DNA of 64,000 bases from Ginglymostoma cirratum (lineage: Eukaryota). Location of the stretch: positions 701,579 through 765,578 of the forward strand of contig JAHRHZ010000115.1 of the NCBI GenBank assembly GCA_024137785.1, written 5' to 3'. Numbering within the stretch: the stretch's first letter is position 1; the number at the start of each line of letters is the position of its first letter. Positions 37,641 through 51,649 of the stretch are shown here, one piece after another. The position numbers and the translations under genes are program-made. The notes beneath the pieces are model-generated. The model was not told where the DNA came from. It searched no databases and saw nothing but the letters and a program-made list of their open reading frames with translations.

Positions 37641-37849
37641 CCTGTTCATTGGTTTCCTTTTCTCCTGATATTAAGAAATTCAAACGCAATTTTTCGTGTC
37701 ACCATCCTGAATAAAAGTCAACTAAATCGGCTTTGTGTTAAACACATAATGTGTTGAGACTTGTTAATATCTCTGATACAATTTAATTATTTTTGTAGAA
37801 CTTTCCCTTTCCCTTGTCTCATCTGGATTCACCTCAACTCGTGTGAGTT

Positions 37850-37965
37850 TTGCTCTGCAATGAGCTTTCAGTTCAGATGGGGAACAGATTGCCCACATAC
37901 TGTTGCCGCATTTCCATGGTTTCACTTTGGTATGAACGTCTTTGTGTTTCTGTCGGTTTGACAAC
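37850..37965 (-). pseudogene. ZNF N-terminal finger fragment
   Basis: SNRQKHKDVHTKVKPWKCG..PSELKAH. Confidence 0.55.
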
Positions 37966-39639
37966 TGTTTGAGTCTGCGTCAAGATGCTAGCAGTGGCAC
38001 GTTAGGCAGCATTCAGGTTTCTGGGTAAGAGTAGCCCTGTTGATGATCTACATTGACTCTGTTTACAATTATTCAACCATTAAGTAATTCGAGGATGAAT
38101 TTAAGGTGAGAATGTTCTGAGGGGACATCATCAGGCACCAAGTACTTGAAAAAAAAACACTGTGAATCAAATAGTATTTTCTAACCCATCTATATTCATC
38201 ACAATACTGGAGCTGCAGTCTTTCTGCTGTCTGTACACACCAGCTACCGCTGCCGTTCATGCAGTGACCACAACAGACTTTATATGTTCCTTCGGACCTC
38301 AGGTTACCTCGGTGTTATCATTTATTTTTGTCAAATCCACTCATTTTTTTCTTTTCAGCAGCAGCCCTAATATCAAGTTTAGCATTAATGCCAACAGCAC
38401 TAAGCGAGATTGCAAACATCTTTACTCTAAGTCGGGTTTAACTTTGAGTAAGACCTCACACTCCACCAACTTCTATGGCTCAAATGAACACTGAATCTTG
38501 GGCTGAACCTGTGTTCACTTTTGAGCATAATCAATGATCCAGCCTCAACAGCTTTCTGTGGTAAATATTATCACAAATTCACTACCCTCTGCGAGAAAAA
38601 AAAATCTTCCAGATCTTTTAAGTTTGCTGCTCTTTATTTTGAGATTATGCCCTCTGGTCTTAGACTCTCACACAAGGGAAATAACCTTTCTGCATCTACC
38701 CTGTTAAATCCTAAAAGAATCCTCATAAAGAGTCAGCAGACTCGAAAAGTTAACTTGGCTGTCTTCCCACAGATGCTGACAGACCTGCTGAGTAATGGGA
38801 TCCTCTTAATATTATTTATCAGAAATACCAAGTGCTCTTTTTTGTTGTTGATGATGTTGAAAATGAAATGTTCTAACTCACTTGGGTTACAAGGCTAGTC
38901 CTCCACCCACTGAGCTATGGAGCCTCAGTTAAATAACTGACTCTAATATGGTCAAAAAATGAGTCAATTTTGATACTATCAGCTACAGAAATCGGTGTAA
39001 TTAAACCCATGACAAGTCTAGAACTGTACCCACTAAAAGATCAGTCCATGCAATATAAATTGCAATGTAATAGATAATTTGATAGCCTATGGAACATAAA
39101 CCAAGGCATCTGAGTGTAACAAGGTGAGGGGGTTATACACAGAAGGATGGGAGAATGCAATAAAGAATCTGAGAGGGTCCAGAGCGAAGAAAAGAGAGAC
39201 TTGGCCAATTATGATTTAATGTGGGCCTGACCCCTCCAGTGAGTGAGGTCACATTGTCCTTCTCAATACCTGGTTGATTTCCAGAGATTCAATCAGACAA
39301 GATTGTGTTCACACTGGCATATGCCCGGATCACAAACATATATTAGGCTAACCCAACCAGGTGAGTGAGCTGATGTAAAGATTGTGTCCCAAGATTCAAT
39401 GTAATTTGTGAGCAGAAATAATGATATAATTGTCATTTCTGTACAGGGAAATTTATCAGACACTCACAATGACGGACAGAAATTTAGATTGCTTCTTTTA
39501 ACCTCCTGATTTTTTTGTCCTGATATCTGCTAAGGCAAATAATTCCTGTAACTCCATCTTTAGTGATAAAATCTGTGGCAAGAGAATGTTCCATGTAACT
39601 ACACCGTGAATATACAATGCCAGACATTTACACAAGGCA

Positions 39640-40140
39640 ATGACAACAGCTGCAATCGGCACTGCCTTCATATTGGTTCATTAACAAAGTGAATGAATGA
39701 ACATACACAAGGTTTTGGGATGATATCTAACAGTTGTTGACAAGTCTTAAACATATCATAACTCAATATAAGTAAACTGAGTGCGGAGAATGAAGTAGTC
39801 TCTTAATGTGCAGTGAGGTGAGGCATCAGATGAATTGAAAAATGTTGACTTCAAATGTTAAAAATCATTTACAGCTTAGTTAATTTTGGATGGGAACAGT
39901 CAACTGAAGCTGAGGCAAAGCTGCAGTCAATGGGAAGATTAGGAAATCTTTACATCAGTTGGAGTCATATCTAGCAAAAAGGATATGATTGTCAGATGTG
40001 AATGATATCAATCCCAGGACATCAATGCAGGAATGTCTCAGGCTGACATTCTTTATCCAATCATATTCTGCAGCTTCATCAATAATTTTCCACAAATCAT
40101 AAAATCATATAATACTAGCTGATAATGTATTTATAAATGC
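39640..40140 (+). mobile_element. Degraded LINE RT fragment (possibly same family as 59150-60745)
   Basis: GTTGGAGTCATATCTAGCA (WLESYL-like), GCAGGAATGTCTCAGG (GVPQG-like), TGCAGCTTCATCAATAA. Confidence 0.55.
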
Positions 40141-41499
40141 TCCACTTTGCATCCTTTATAATAGACTCCAAGATTTGTCCAATAACAGAAATTAAGTTAG
40201 CTGGTCAATAGTGACCTGTTTTTGTGTCATTCCCTTTTCAAATCAAGGCAATATACTGGCAGTTCTACCATCCTCTGAGACTTTTCCAACACCTAAAAAT
40301 TCTTGTAAGGTGACGGTATCTGTAGTCAATTCCATTAGTACCCTAGTGTTAGCTCACAAAGTCCAGGGGACTAGTCTTTCACTCCATGAGTTTTCCTAAC
40401 ACTTTATTGATACTTATTGCATTATTTCCTATCCTCCTTCTGCTCTTTGGTTATTCAGTAATTTTGGAATGTTATAAGTACTATGGTGAAGACTGGTGTA
40501 AAGTGTTTATTCAACTCTTGCTATTTCCTTGTTCCCCATTATTATTTTCCTAGTTTATTCTCTAAAGGGCCTATATTCACCAGTTTGAGACAGACAGTTT
40601 TTTTTAAAAGAAAAAGGTCAGTAAATAAAGCAGGGGTTAAGAGAAAATGGCACGACAATGGAGTTGAGGATTATCAGATTTGCCATGAGCTCACTGAATA
40701 TTTGCACAGATTCAATGGGCCAAATGGCTTAGTCAGTTCCAAAAGTTTATTGATTATAGTGTTTTTAATACATGATGGAAGTCCCTACTATTGGCAAAAT
40801 GCTGCTGCATCCAATCCCGAACAGACGTCGCCCTCATGGATATTATGGGGAATGAACAATTATTCTGACTAACTCAATGCCCTTTTATTGTGAAAGTTAT
40901 TGCAGTTATTTGTACATCAAACCTGAAGCAACATACTAATTTTCCACACAAGTCCATCTTGCTCCACAAAATGGAGAATTTGACCATGGACACAAATTTT
41001 CATGGACAAAAATCTGATTGGGAAATTCAAGAATTGCTTTCTGGGATAGATGGCATAGATTTAGGATGAAACAATGCATTTCAGGTCTTTGGACGGGAAA
41101 GGCAGGTACAAATTGAGACAGCAACCTGCAGGGATGGTGAAGTCAGAACGTGAATATGGTAGATTTATGGCAAAAGGGACAGTACGTGGAGGAGAATGAT
41201 TAACAATAAAGCAAATAGAAGTTCAGTAGCCAGGCATTTAGTAGGAATCGGGCCAATGGTGCAGGAAATGAGAGCCTTGGACAGGGTGTGCTCTGACAGG
41301 GCATGCCAGGAAATTAGAGGGTAAGTGAAGAGAAGGGCATGTTCAGGGCTCAGACACAGAAGAATGTTTAACACAGTTTGTCCCAGTAGTCAACTGCAAG
41401 GGAGGGAAGCAAGTGAGCAAGTTGATCAGATTGTCTCAGTCTTAATGACAAAGAAACTCATGCATTTAGATTTAAAATCCCATTCTTAGAAAAGTAAGA

Positions 41500-41785
41500 A
41501 AATCCCCAAGTCCGCCTCACGTGGAGTCACACTTTCATGTCCCTGGCCGTGGACTAAATAAGCAGAGCATACCCTATGAGCTGTGACTGTCACCTAGAAC
41601 AAACTGTCCACGTAACTTTCTCCCTGATGCATTGCAGTGATTGTAGGGTAGCCTCCACTTCAGTGATTATGAACTGAGGTTCCTCCAGCCACAGACACTT
41701 GGTGAGGGCATGTTGGTCCAGGATCACACTAGTGTCCAGGAATTCCCATATCCTGAAGTCACTATACATACTTTCCCTGCCATCT
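41500..41785 (-). mobile_element. CR1 ORF1 N-terminal fragment
   Basis: Minus-strand ATGGCAGGG..ATGGGAATTCCTGGAC..AAGTGTCTG resembles the ORF1 start at ~52680. Confidence 0.5.
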
Positions 41786-42849
41786 TGATTGGCCTTGAAA
41801 ATTATGACTTTATTTAGACAATTTTACATAAAATTTATTATCTCTGGTCTTGTATCTACTTATGTTCTTATTATCAATCATGGGTGAAATCAACCCTGGG
41901 AGAGGATATTCACTACCCAATTGTGGAAAAGGATTCACTTGGTCATCCCAATACCAAGACAACAGCACAGACAAAGAGGCAGACAGTTCTGACATTGAGA
42001 GTGCAAACGATTTACTCAAGCTTCCTACCTTCAAACCTAAAAACTTTGAAACTTCAAAGGATTTCTTCCATAATTGTCACAATCAAACTGGAGAAAGTTT
42101 ATTTTAACTTACTTGAAAATGATTCTTCTATGTTCTTCAAGGTTTCCATGGCCACGAAACAAAACTGTAAGCCCATTGATTTCAGTCCCATTATGCACAC
42201 CTGGTACAGAGAATTGAAACCCGACAAGATAGAGGGAAGAAAGAGACTGGAAGTGGAAGAATGAAATTGCATAAATGTTTTAACTATTTGGATTTCAGCC
42301 TGGGGAGGAGCTGGAGTGTAATGAGCCTAGATTTACAGATTCACTGCAAGGACAGGTAAAAATGAACCAATGAAACCCCAAGATCCCACGATCTAGCACT
42401 GCTGTTGTGCACAGATTATCAGAGGTCAGCACAGAAAAGGAAATGAGCAGCAACGCTGTCAGGGAACGAAGAGCAACCCCTCTAATTTTCATTCTGGCTG
42501 CGCAGGCCTCCAAGGATGGTGCATGGTCACGCCTTCTGAAATTGGAAGTCAAGGCCTCAGTCAGAGCACCTAAACCTGAAGCGACTGCACACACACAGTT
42601 CAGAGGGAATGCTGAACAGGAATTGCACAACAGTCTTTTGGGAGATCTCACATTTCCATGTGGGGCTGGGGCGGATGTGAGAAGCTGGCCAGGAAAGCAT
42701 CAGCATCGTCAAGTCTAAAGATAACACGGACACAGACAAGGATTCAGCTGGGCTGATGGAGATTGAAATATCTGGTTTGAGTGTGGGTGTGGGTGTGGTT
42801 TTTGTGGTCAGAAATTCATCTTGAGATTACATTTGTGACTGAGATTATG

Positions 42850-43170
42850 AACAGTGCAGTTCAGCCTCACTGTCAATGAAAAGGAATAGACCCAGGAGTT
42901 CAAGAATGGAATGCACAGTGGTAACTGAAGACATTTGATTTGTCTTCCAAACTTTTACTTGGAGGATATTTCTGTTCATCCAGTATTATGTTGGGATAAT
43001 TTAATAACAGTGGAAGATTGGATAGGGATGGTGTTCAGGTAGAGCTGGTAGTTGTCAGTAACCACATGAAAACTAATACAGTGATTCTGGATTATTTCAG
43101 CCAGGGGCAGTGTGTAGATGAGAAACAGGAGGGGCTAATGATAGCTCTTTGGGGTAGACCAAATTCAAGT
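42850..43170 (-). mobile_element. L2-like RT fragment
   Basis: Minus strand GGTCTACCCCAAAGAGCT..CCTGTTTCTCATCTACAC..CTGACAAC..CAGCTCTACCT (GVPQGS / YADD region, degenerate). Confidence 0.55.
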
Positions 43171-44149
43171 CTTTGCAAAAACTGTCGATCATTCTTTAAA
43201 AAAAAGGATTAGTGAATATGAAGGTTTGAAGGACTGTATGAGGAGAGTGAACAGTTAACAATATCAGCGAATATGTTCAGTGAGAATAGGGGCAGTGGAA
43301 CAAAAGTGGGTTTCATGGACAAGACAAGCTCCGACAGGAGAAAAACTGGGGAAAGCTATGGGGTCAGGGGTCAGGCAAGAAGGAACTTGACAGGCAGTTT
43401 GACTCATGAGCTTGTCTGTGGGAGGGTGAAGTTGGTTCATCAGCAGCCCACAGTCAGACAGCAGGCAGTAGTAGAAACCTAATTTAGGCACAACTAGCAG
43501 AAGTAACAGTAAAACACAAAACAGACCTAAAGTACAACCATTACTCAGGACTAAGGAAGTTAGGCAATGGTAGAAAGGAGATTCGAGAGAACAGACATGA
43601 AATCAAGCAACGGATGAACATGGATTCAGATCCAGGGTAAAGGAGCCACACTAGATCCAGACCATTCCTCCAGCTGTCTGGTACCTCACCTGTGTCTACT
43701 GAAGGATGGAAAATATTCCTCACAGAATCTGTTATTTCCTCCCTGACCGCCTTCAACATTCTGGGGGACTATCCATACGCCTCTGGTGTTTTATCTACTT
43801 TCAATTATTCCATCTCCTCTAACACTTCCTGTCCATCAGGATTATTTAGTTTAATATTTCACACTACTCCTCGATTATTATATCCATATCATCCTTTTCT
43901 TATGTGAATTCTGCAATGGGAGTGTCTAAACAAATGGTACCATCAGACTCCGTGTCACTCTGTGACTGGGGAATAAAGCAGGACTGAAGGAATATCATAT
44001 ACTTCCCACTGCGGACAAATCTTTGTGGAGTTCTCAACGATATCTTCTCCAAATCTGACTCAAAACAAGAACAAGGCAGTTGGAGCTTCTTCCTGATTTA
44101 TGGACAGTGATAACACTTGTTTCTCATTATAGACCTCACCAACACAAGA

Positions 44150-44850
44150 AGTTGCTGTTTGCCTGCAGCAAAAATAAAGTTTCTTCGTGAAGGAGACCAA
44201 AGTTGCACACAGACTCCTCTTGTGGCCTCATAAAACCCTGCACAGCTGCTATAAGACCTCCTTGCTCCTGCAATCAAATCCTCTTGCAATGAAGGACAAA
44301 GTTCCATTTGCCCTCTGAGCTGCCTGTTGCACCTACATGTTTGCTCTGAATGACTGGTATACAAGCATACCCAGGTCCCTTTGTACATCAACATTTCCAA
44401 ATCTACCATCATGTATGTTATATTCTGCCATTCTGAATTTTCTACCAAAGTGGATTACTTCACATTGATGCTGCAACTGCCATAATTTGCCATTCACTCA
44501 AATTGTCTAAATCTCCCTCATACCTCTTGTTTTCTGCTCACTCACAATCTCCATTGTTTTATGTTAACAAACTTGGAAATACTACACTGGATTCCATCAT
44601 CCCAATCCTCGACATATATTTTGGATAGCTAGGGTCCAAGGGTGGTGCTCCTTGCAGTGCTTTACTTATCAAAGCCTGATGCTCCAAAAAAACTCATTTA
44701 TTTCTGTTCTCTGTTTCCTGTCCGCTAATCAATTTTCAATCTACACCAGTATATTCTTGACAATACTGTGAACTTTGATTTTGCACTCTAAGCTCTTATG
44801 TGTGACTTTATCAGAAGCTTTCAGAAAATCCAAATGACCCCATCAACCGG
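44150..44850 (-). mobile_element. CR1-like RT fragment
   Basis: ORF 44098-44448 with CVQLWSP; DLGxLV-like and DFxKAFDKV-like segments. Confidence 0.7.
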
Positions 44851-45724
44851 CTTCACTCGTAATATCTCCAATAAAACTTCAAACATGGTCCATGGCAACA
44901 CATGAGATGTGCAATAAATGCTGATCCAGACAGCAATACCCACATCTCATTAATAAATTTATTTTAAAAAGCTTTGGACCTTTGTTCAGCAATGCCTCCT
45001 TGTTTTCATCCTCGTTTTCAAATTCCTCCATGGTCTTCCACACTCTATTTCCACATGCTCCATACCTTTCACCACAGACAGAACTGACAAACCTTAAAGA
45101 CACAAACAGGCAAAGGCTGATCATATTCACCTTTTAATTCATCAAATGACTCTTTCTGCACAAGAGAATTCACAAACCTTGTGCTGTTGCATAACCTGGA
45201 GGAAAATTTAAGGAGGAGGCTTTCTAAACTGTTCTCCCCTCCCCAGTCAGCAGCAGGAAGGCCATGCAAGTGCAGTGCAGTCCCGCCATCCAAAGCAAGT
45301 GCAGTGCAGCTGATACCAGCAGTCGAGCTCGATCTGTATCTTTTTGGAGCATCAGCCTCCGGAGAAAAGCGGAGAGGCAGCGCCCCAAGCGGCTTTTCGC
45401 TCTGGCCTGAGCTAGCAGCCAGTTGCTCAAGAAACCTTAGCTCCAGGATAAAGTTGGGGAAAATGTGTTGAGGCGGGTCTCTCATGTCAGTGCATCTGGC
45501 CTGCAGCCTGGAACCCGAGGACATCCCTGATAAGCTCAGCAATGCCTACCTACTTTGGGCAACCCCAACCCTTCACTGTGAACTTTATAAAGCAGACAAT
45601 GTCTTCAGAATCAGATTTCCTTCTCTGCACAACATTTGGGGGCAAAGCCGTATCTCCCCTTTCCATTTCTTTTCTCATCCTGGGAGGGAGGGAGGAAAAC
45701 TGTTCATGCGCAGCAACTGAAGAG

Positions 45725-46325
45725 ACAGGATTGATTGATTAATATATTGTCACATGTACTGAAATACAGTGAAAAGCTTTGATTACAAGTGGTACAGGCA
45801 GATTGTAGTAAGCAAAGGATGTTCAAATCAAAAAGCCTTAGAGCCATACAAGTTACATTGCACAGGGCATGAGATCAATGTTAGCAAGATCAGCATTATT
45901 TGAGACTACAGAGTCCATTCCTCAGTCTGACAATGGCCACAAAGAAGCTGTCCCTGAACCATGCTTGTGCATGTGTTTAGGCTTCCGTATCTTCTGCCTG
46001 ACTGAAGAGGTTCCAGGAGATCATTCCCGGGGTGTGATAGGTCATTGATGATGTTGGCAGCCTTTCTGCGGCAGCAAGCCAAGTAAATCAAGCCCACCAA
46101 AATGTCAAATTTCCTACTCCTCTGATGCTGCCTGGCCCGCTGTGTTCCTCCAGCTCCACACTGTGTTATCCATGGATGGAAGGTTGGCCTCCATGACACT
46201 CTGGGCTGTGCACAACATCTTCTGTAGTTCCTTACTGTTCTGGGCAGAGCAGTTGCCATATCAGGCTGTTATGCACCCGGACAGTATGCTTTCAATGGTG
46301 CATCTGTAGAAGTTGGTGAGGGAAA
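45725..46325 (-). mobile_element. Rex/Babar-type LINE 3' end with a nested PLE fragment (~46095-46170)
   Basis: Minus strand LTNFYRCTIESILSGCITA.YGNCSAQ and SHPG..L..L.SGRRY; (CAAT)n-like tail at 45730. Confidence 0.75.
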
Positions 46326-46799
46326 CTTATGGACATGCGAATTAATCCAGAGAGGAAGCATGCTCTGGAAATTTTGGTTCAGATATATCTCATAAATTTA
46401 TTGTCATTCTTTGCTCTCTCTCAGCTTCACACATTTATTTGCCTGACTAAAAGAGTGGCCTCTTTCCTTTTGTTCACAATTACAGGACTTCTATCAGAAA
46501 TGGGCAGGATTTAAGGGGCGGTAAATTAATTGGCAATTAAGGCCAAAATTCCATTTTCTTTCTTCATTATTTGCAGCACCATGCATTAGAAGCTGTCTTT
46601 TGAGGTCTAACTGTGGAGGGAGCATCATTAGGTGAAATTGTCTTGCAGCCAAAATCCCCACTGACAATCCAGGACTGTGTCATGGAGAATGCTGATGGAA
46701 AAAAAAGATAGGTTTCCATCACTGGCTGGTCAACAGACCATCAACCTTTTGGTTAACAGCCAAATGCAATGACCAATTCCCCTGTCAAACATTTCACTT

Positions 46800-48330
46800 C
46801 TCACTGACCCAGATTGAATTCTATAACCACTGATTAGCCCATCTGTCAACATTCTCCTGTAAGTTAAGGCTATCCTACTCACGACTTACCACCCACGACT
46901 TCTGTATCATCTGTGAACTAACTGATCAACCGTCCTACATTCAATTCTAAATCATTTATACGAACCATAAACAGCAAGGGCCCAACACTGACCACCATGG
47001 AACACCATTGGACACAGACGTCCAGTCAGGGAAAAGAAACCCTCGAACATTACCCTCTGCTTTTTGCCACTTGGCTGATTGTAGATCCAATTTGCCAAAT
47101 TTCAATGGATTCCATGGGCTCTTACCTTTGCATTAGTCTCCCATGCGGGACCTTCTGAAAAGCCTTGCTGGTGTCAAAACAGGCTACATCAAAAGTATTG
47201 CCCTATTGACACATGTGAAAACTGCAAAAAGTTGAATCAAGTTAGTCAGGCATGAACTCTCCTTAAAGAAATGCATGCTGACTGTTCTTGATTAATCACA
47301 GCCTCTCCAATGTAAATTATTGCTGTCCCTCAGACTACTCAAAATGTCCCCTCTCTCTACGCTAATTTCTTTATATTCCATCACAGACCACCTCCCTCAA
47401 TCGTCTCTCTCACTGACACAAAGTATTCATTTAGGACTGTTCTTAAAAAAAAAAGGCCTATATCCTTTGGCTACATGTATAGATTCCACTGTGGTCCTAA
47501 ATGGGCTTTTATTTTTCCCACATTACCCTGTAACCATTAATGTACTGCAAAACAACTGAGCATTTTCCCTTATTTTACCTGACTGCAACAATTCATGTTC
47601 CCTTATAGCATTCCTTATCTCCCTATTTAAATTCCCTCTTGCATATTTCCCTGAATGTATCTGCTATCTGCTCCCTGCACCCTCTGGCCTAATCATGCCT
47701 GGTCTTCCTAAAATCAACCAATTTAGAACTTTTAATTGAAACCCATCCTTGTCCTTTTCCATAACAATCCTGAATCTTTCGAAAAGAGTTCTGATAACTG
47801 TCTGCAAACTGCTGCTCCGCTGGAACTTCAATCAATTGTCTGCCATTGTTACTTAAATTTAAGTCCAGGACCTCCCCTGTCCTTATTGGGACTTCTACAC
47901 ATTAGCTTCAAAAACTGTCCTGGATCTATTTTAAAAGTTCCTCTAAACCTTTCACACTATGATGACCACAGTTAATGTTGGGGAGGTTGAAATCCCTCAC
48001 TATCATAACCCTATTACTTTTACACTTCCCTGAAATTTGCTTCCTTACCAGCTCTACTTGTTCTAGCCATACAGGTTTATTTCAGTTTAAGATGTCATCT
48101 TTCATTGCTGTAATAAATTCCCTGAACATAATTGTGACCACTCCTCTTTTGCCTCCTTCGCTGTCTCACATGGAGACCCTGTATCCATTCCTGCCTCTCT
48201 CTCTTAGCTATATTTCACTGACAGGAATGTCATCAATCCCCATGTTTTAATTTGTATCCTCAACTCATCTGCCTTGTTCATCAAACTTGCAGCATTAAAA
48301 TCTATGCCATTCAACCATGTCAAAATGCCT
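46800..48330 (-). mobile_element. Degraded CR1-like LINE (RT and endonuclease remnants)
   Basis: Minus-strand DFxKAFxKVPH-like, GVPxWSVLGPLLF-like and IVRDFN-like segments. Confidence 0.65.
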
Positions 48331-49131
48331 TATACCTGAATTGATATGTGAGTTGAGGCCTTCCTGACTCACTTGTTGATTCTTCTCTTCTTACACTTTT
48401 GGATATTCTCTCTTGTTCTCATCCTATTACAAAGTTAAATGCACTCCAACTGCACTTGTAACTAAAGTTCCAGCATTAAAGGCTATATCTCAATCTGGAC
48501 GTGCCTTCTCCCAACTGCTCATGTGAAAGTCACTTACTGTCTCATTCTGAGCACCTGAGAGATAAGATAAAGACTTCATGCAACATAGTTTTAACAAAAA
48601 GCTGATTTGAATAATTTTTTAATAATAATTTTACAAACATCATCAGAAACAGGAACAGAAAACATGGTTTGAATACAGATAACAATAGCATCAAAGTCCA
48701 ACACTGATAGTTACTAGGGACCTCATTGTTGTCTAACCAGTCCAGATGAAACAAACTATGCAGGTGGACAGTCTTTACCCAGTGTAAATGTGTTGATTTA
48801 CAGCGACATTACAATCATTTACAAAACATATCTGACAGATACACAACTGTATCAACATTTTATCTACAATAATCAGTACCTTTAGTAGAGCAGGGTTTAA
48901 TAACATTAGTACAAACAGCCCAATGACCAAAGTTCATTCCTTGGTGTGAGTAAAAGCAAAATCCTTCACCTGTGACTCTTTGTGAATTTGCTGGCGTGTT
49001 AGCAAACAGCAAAGCTTTTTACACAAACACAGCAGATGAACAGAATTCACCTAGCTCCATTTCACTGGTGCGTCCATTCCCCCATACAAAACAAGTGAAA
49101 GAGCTATCTGTAGAGTGAACAGCCTGCTCTA

Positions 49132-49950
49132 TCAGCATGTAAGTTGAATGAGTAACTGTTTCTCCCCACTGTGAACCTGCTGGTGTCTCAGCAAATTGGA
49201 TGATTTGCTAAATCCCTTCCCACAATCAGAGCAAGTGAATGGTTTCTCTCCGGTATGAACTCGCCGATGTTCCAGCAGGATAGATGACCGAGTGAATCTT
49301 TTTCCACATTCAGAACAGGTGAATGGTCTTTCCCCAGTGTGAACTCGCTGGTGTTCCAGTAGTTTAGATGAGCAAATGAATCCTTTTCCACATTCAGAAC
49401 AGGTGAATGGTCTTTCCCCAGTGTGAACCCGCTGGTGTTTCAGCAGGCTGGATGAGGATGTGAATCCCTTCCCACACTGGGCGCATTTAAATGGTCTCTC
49501 TCCAGTGTGAATTCCCTGGTGTTCCAGTAGTTTAGATGACTGAGTGAATCCTTTCCCACACACGGAGCAGGTGAATGGTCTCTCCCCTGTGTGAATTCGC
49601 TGGTGTACCTGCAGGTTGGATGATGAATTGAATCCCTTTCCACAATCAGAGCAGGTGAATGGTCTCTCCCCTGTGTGAATTCGCTGGTGTATCTGCAGGC
49701 TGAATGATGAAGTGAATCTCTTTTCACAATCAGAACAGGTAAATGGTCTCTCCCCAGTGTGACCCCTCTCGTGTCTCAGCAGGCTGGATGACCGAGTGAA
49801 TGCCATCCCACAATCAGCACAGGTGAATGGCTTCTCCCCACTGTGACTGCATGGGTGAGTTTTAAGCTCGGATGGGTCAAGAAATCCCTTCCCACAATCC
49901 CCACATATCCACAGTCTCTCCCCAGGGTGACTGCACTGGCATTTGGACAT
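49132..49950 (-). CDS. C2H2 zinc-finger protein, 9 tandem fingers, no effector domain seen
   Basis: 272-aa open frame with nine CxxC-x12-HxxxH units joined by TGE(R/K)P linkers. Confidence 0.88.
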   Translation of the reverse strand: MSKCQCSHPGERLWICGDCGKGFLDPSELKTHPCSHSGEKPFTCADCGMAFTRSSSLLRHERGHTGERPFTCSDCEKRFTSSFSLQIHQRIHTGERPFTCSDCGKGFNSSSNLQVHQRIHTGERPFTCSVCGKGFTQSSKLLEHQGIHTGERPFKCAQCGKGFTSSSSLLKHQRVHTGERPFTCSECGKGFICSSKLLEHQRVHTGERPFTCSECGKRFTRSSILLEHRRVHTGEKPFTCSDCGKGFSKSSNLLRHQQVHSGEKQLLIQLTC

Positions 49951-50419
49951 TCAGATGAATCTTCACAGGCTTTTCCACACACAGACAATATGTGTTTCTC
50001 CCCAGTGTGAATGATGCTTTTTCCTTCAATATTCAAAATCCTGAGATAATTAGATGATGATAAACAGATTATCTGTCAGTCAGATCTGGATGTGGTTTCA
50101 TTTGAAGTCTCTAATTGCAAAATTACCTTTCAAATAGAAAGCAAATTTATTGGAAGAAACCAGAAGAAAGTATTGGTTGTAAAACTGACAGAAATTAATC
50201 TGGTCATTTGTGGAGATGACACCTAAGGAAATTACTGGGTTATTATAAAAACTGAATAGGTTCATAAATGTCCTTCATGAAAGGGAACCAGTTAGTGTTT
50301 GCACAAACCTGCAGGAAGAGACAGAGGTAGGAGAGGCAGACATGAAACAGAGGCATTTTATAGATCTACAACACAATCCTGTTCCTGTTTTCTCCCCATA
50401 ATCTTCAATCCCTCTGAAG

Positions 50420-51080
50420 GGCAAATAACAAATTATAGTTCCTTGAAAGTGGAGTTGCAGGTAGAAAGGCTGGTGAGAAAGCATTTGGTACACTTACTTT
50501 TACTTGTCAGTGCACTGAGTACAGGAGGTGGGAAGTCTTCAAACAACACTAGTTCAGCCAATTTTGGAATACTGTGTTCAATTCCGGTCTCCCTGCTATA
50601 GCAAAGATGTTGTTAAATTTGAAAGGGTTTAGAAAAGATTTACAATGTTGTTGCTATGTTTGGAGAGTTTGAGCTATAGTGAGAGGCTGAATAAGCTGCA
50701 GCGTTATTCCCTGTAGCATCAGAGGCTGAGGGGTTACCACAGAGGTTTAGAAAATCATGAGGGGCATGGATAGAGTGAATAGCCAAGGTATTTCTCCCAG
50801 GGTAGGGGAATTCAAAACCAGAGGGCATAGTTTTAAGGTAAGAGGAGAAAGATTTAGAAGGGAGCTTAGGGGCAATCTTTATGCACAGAAAATGGTGCAC
50901 ATATGAAACCAGCTGACAGAATTACAACATTTTAAAGTCATCTGGATGGGTACATGAAAAGGAAGGTTTCAGAGGGATACGCTGGAAAATGGGACGAGGT
51001 CAGTTTAGAATACCTGGTCAGCATGAACGAGTTGGACCAAAGGGTCTGCTTCCATGATGTAAATGCCCATGACTCAATGA
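50420..51080 (+). mobile_element. CR1-like LINE 3' fragment
   Basis: TACTGTGTTCAATTC.GGTCTCC..AAAACCAGAGGGCATAG..TTGGACCAAAGGGTCTG tail. Confidence 0.8.
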
Positions 51081-51649
51081 TTAAGCAAAATGGTGGAAAT
51101 TTCACATAAAAACAGAAAATGCTGGAGCTACTCAGCTGGGTCTGGCAGCAGCTGAAATGGTGTCAGATGCAGGAACCATTGCAACCTTGAAGTGTTTCCA
51201 ACGATCACACAAGACACCACAATACAGGTTACATGCTGAGTGCTGGAAAATGGGACTAGAGTAAATAGATGCTTGATGACCAGCACGTATATAATGGTAC
51301 GTTGTTCTCTACTATTTTATGTCAGAGACTCTGACCCCATTTTGTTCCATGATTCTCTGTGACTCTCTCTTTTAGTATGCTAGCAGGTGCGGCAAGCCAT
51401 GAAGAATGCAAATGATATGGTGGCCTTCACAGTGTCAGGATTCAAGTTCTGGAGTAGGGATGTCTTTCTGTAAGGGCTTTGGTAAGACAAAACCTGGAGT
51501 ACTGTGTGCATCTTTGTTCTCCTTTCCCAAGGAAGGTTGACCTGACTACTGAGAGAAGGTTCACCAAACGGATTCCTGGGATGCCAAGGCTGATGTGTTA
51601 AGAGAGAGTCTATCCTTGTCAGATCCTCCTTTCTTTCGTCTCTCTGAGC

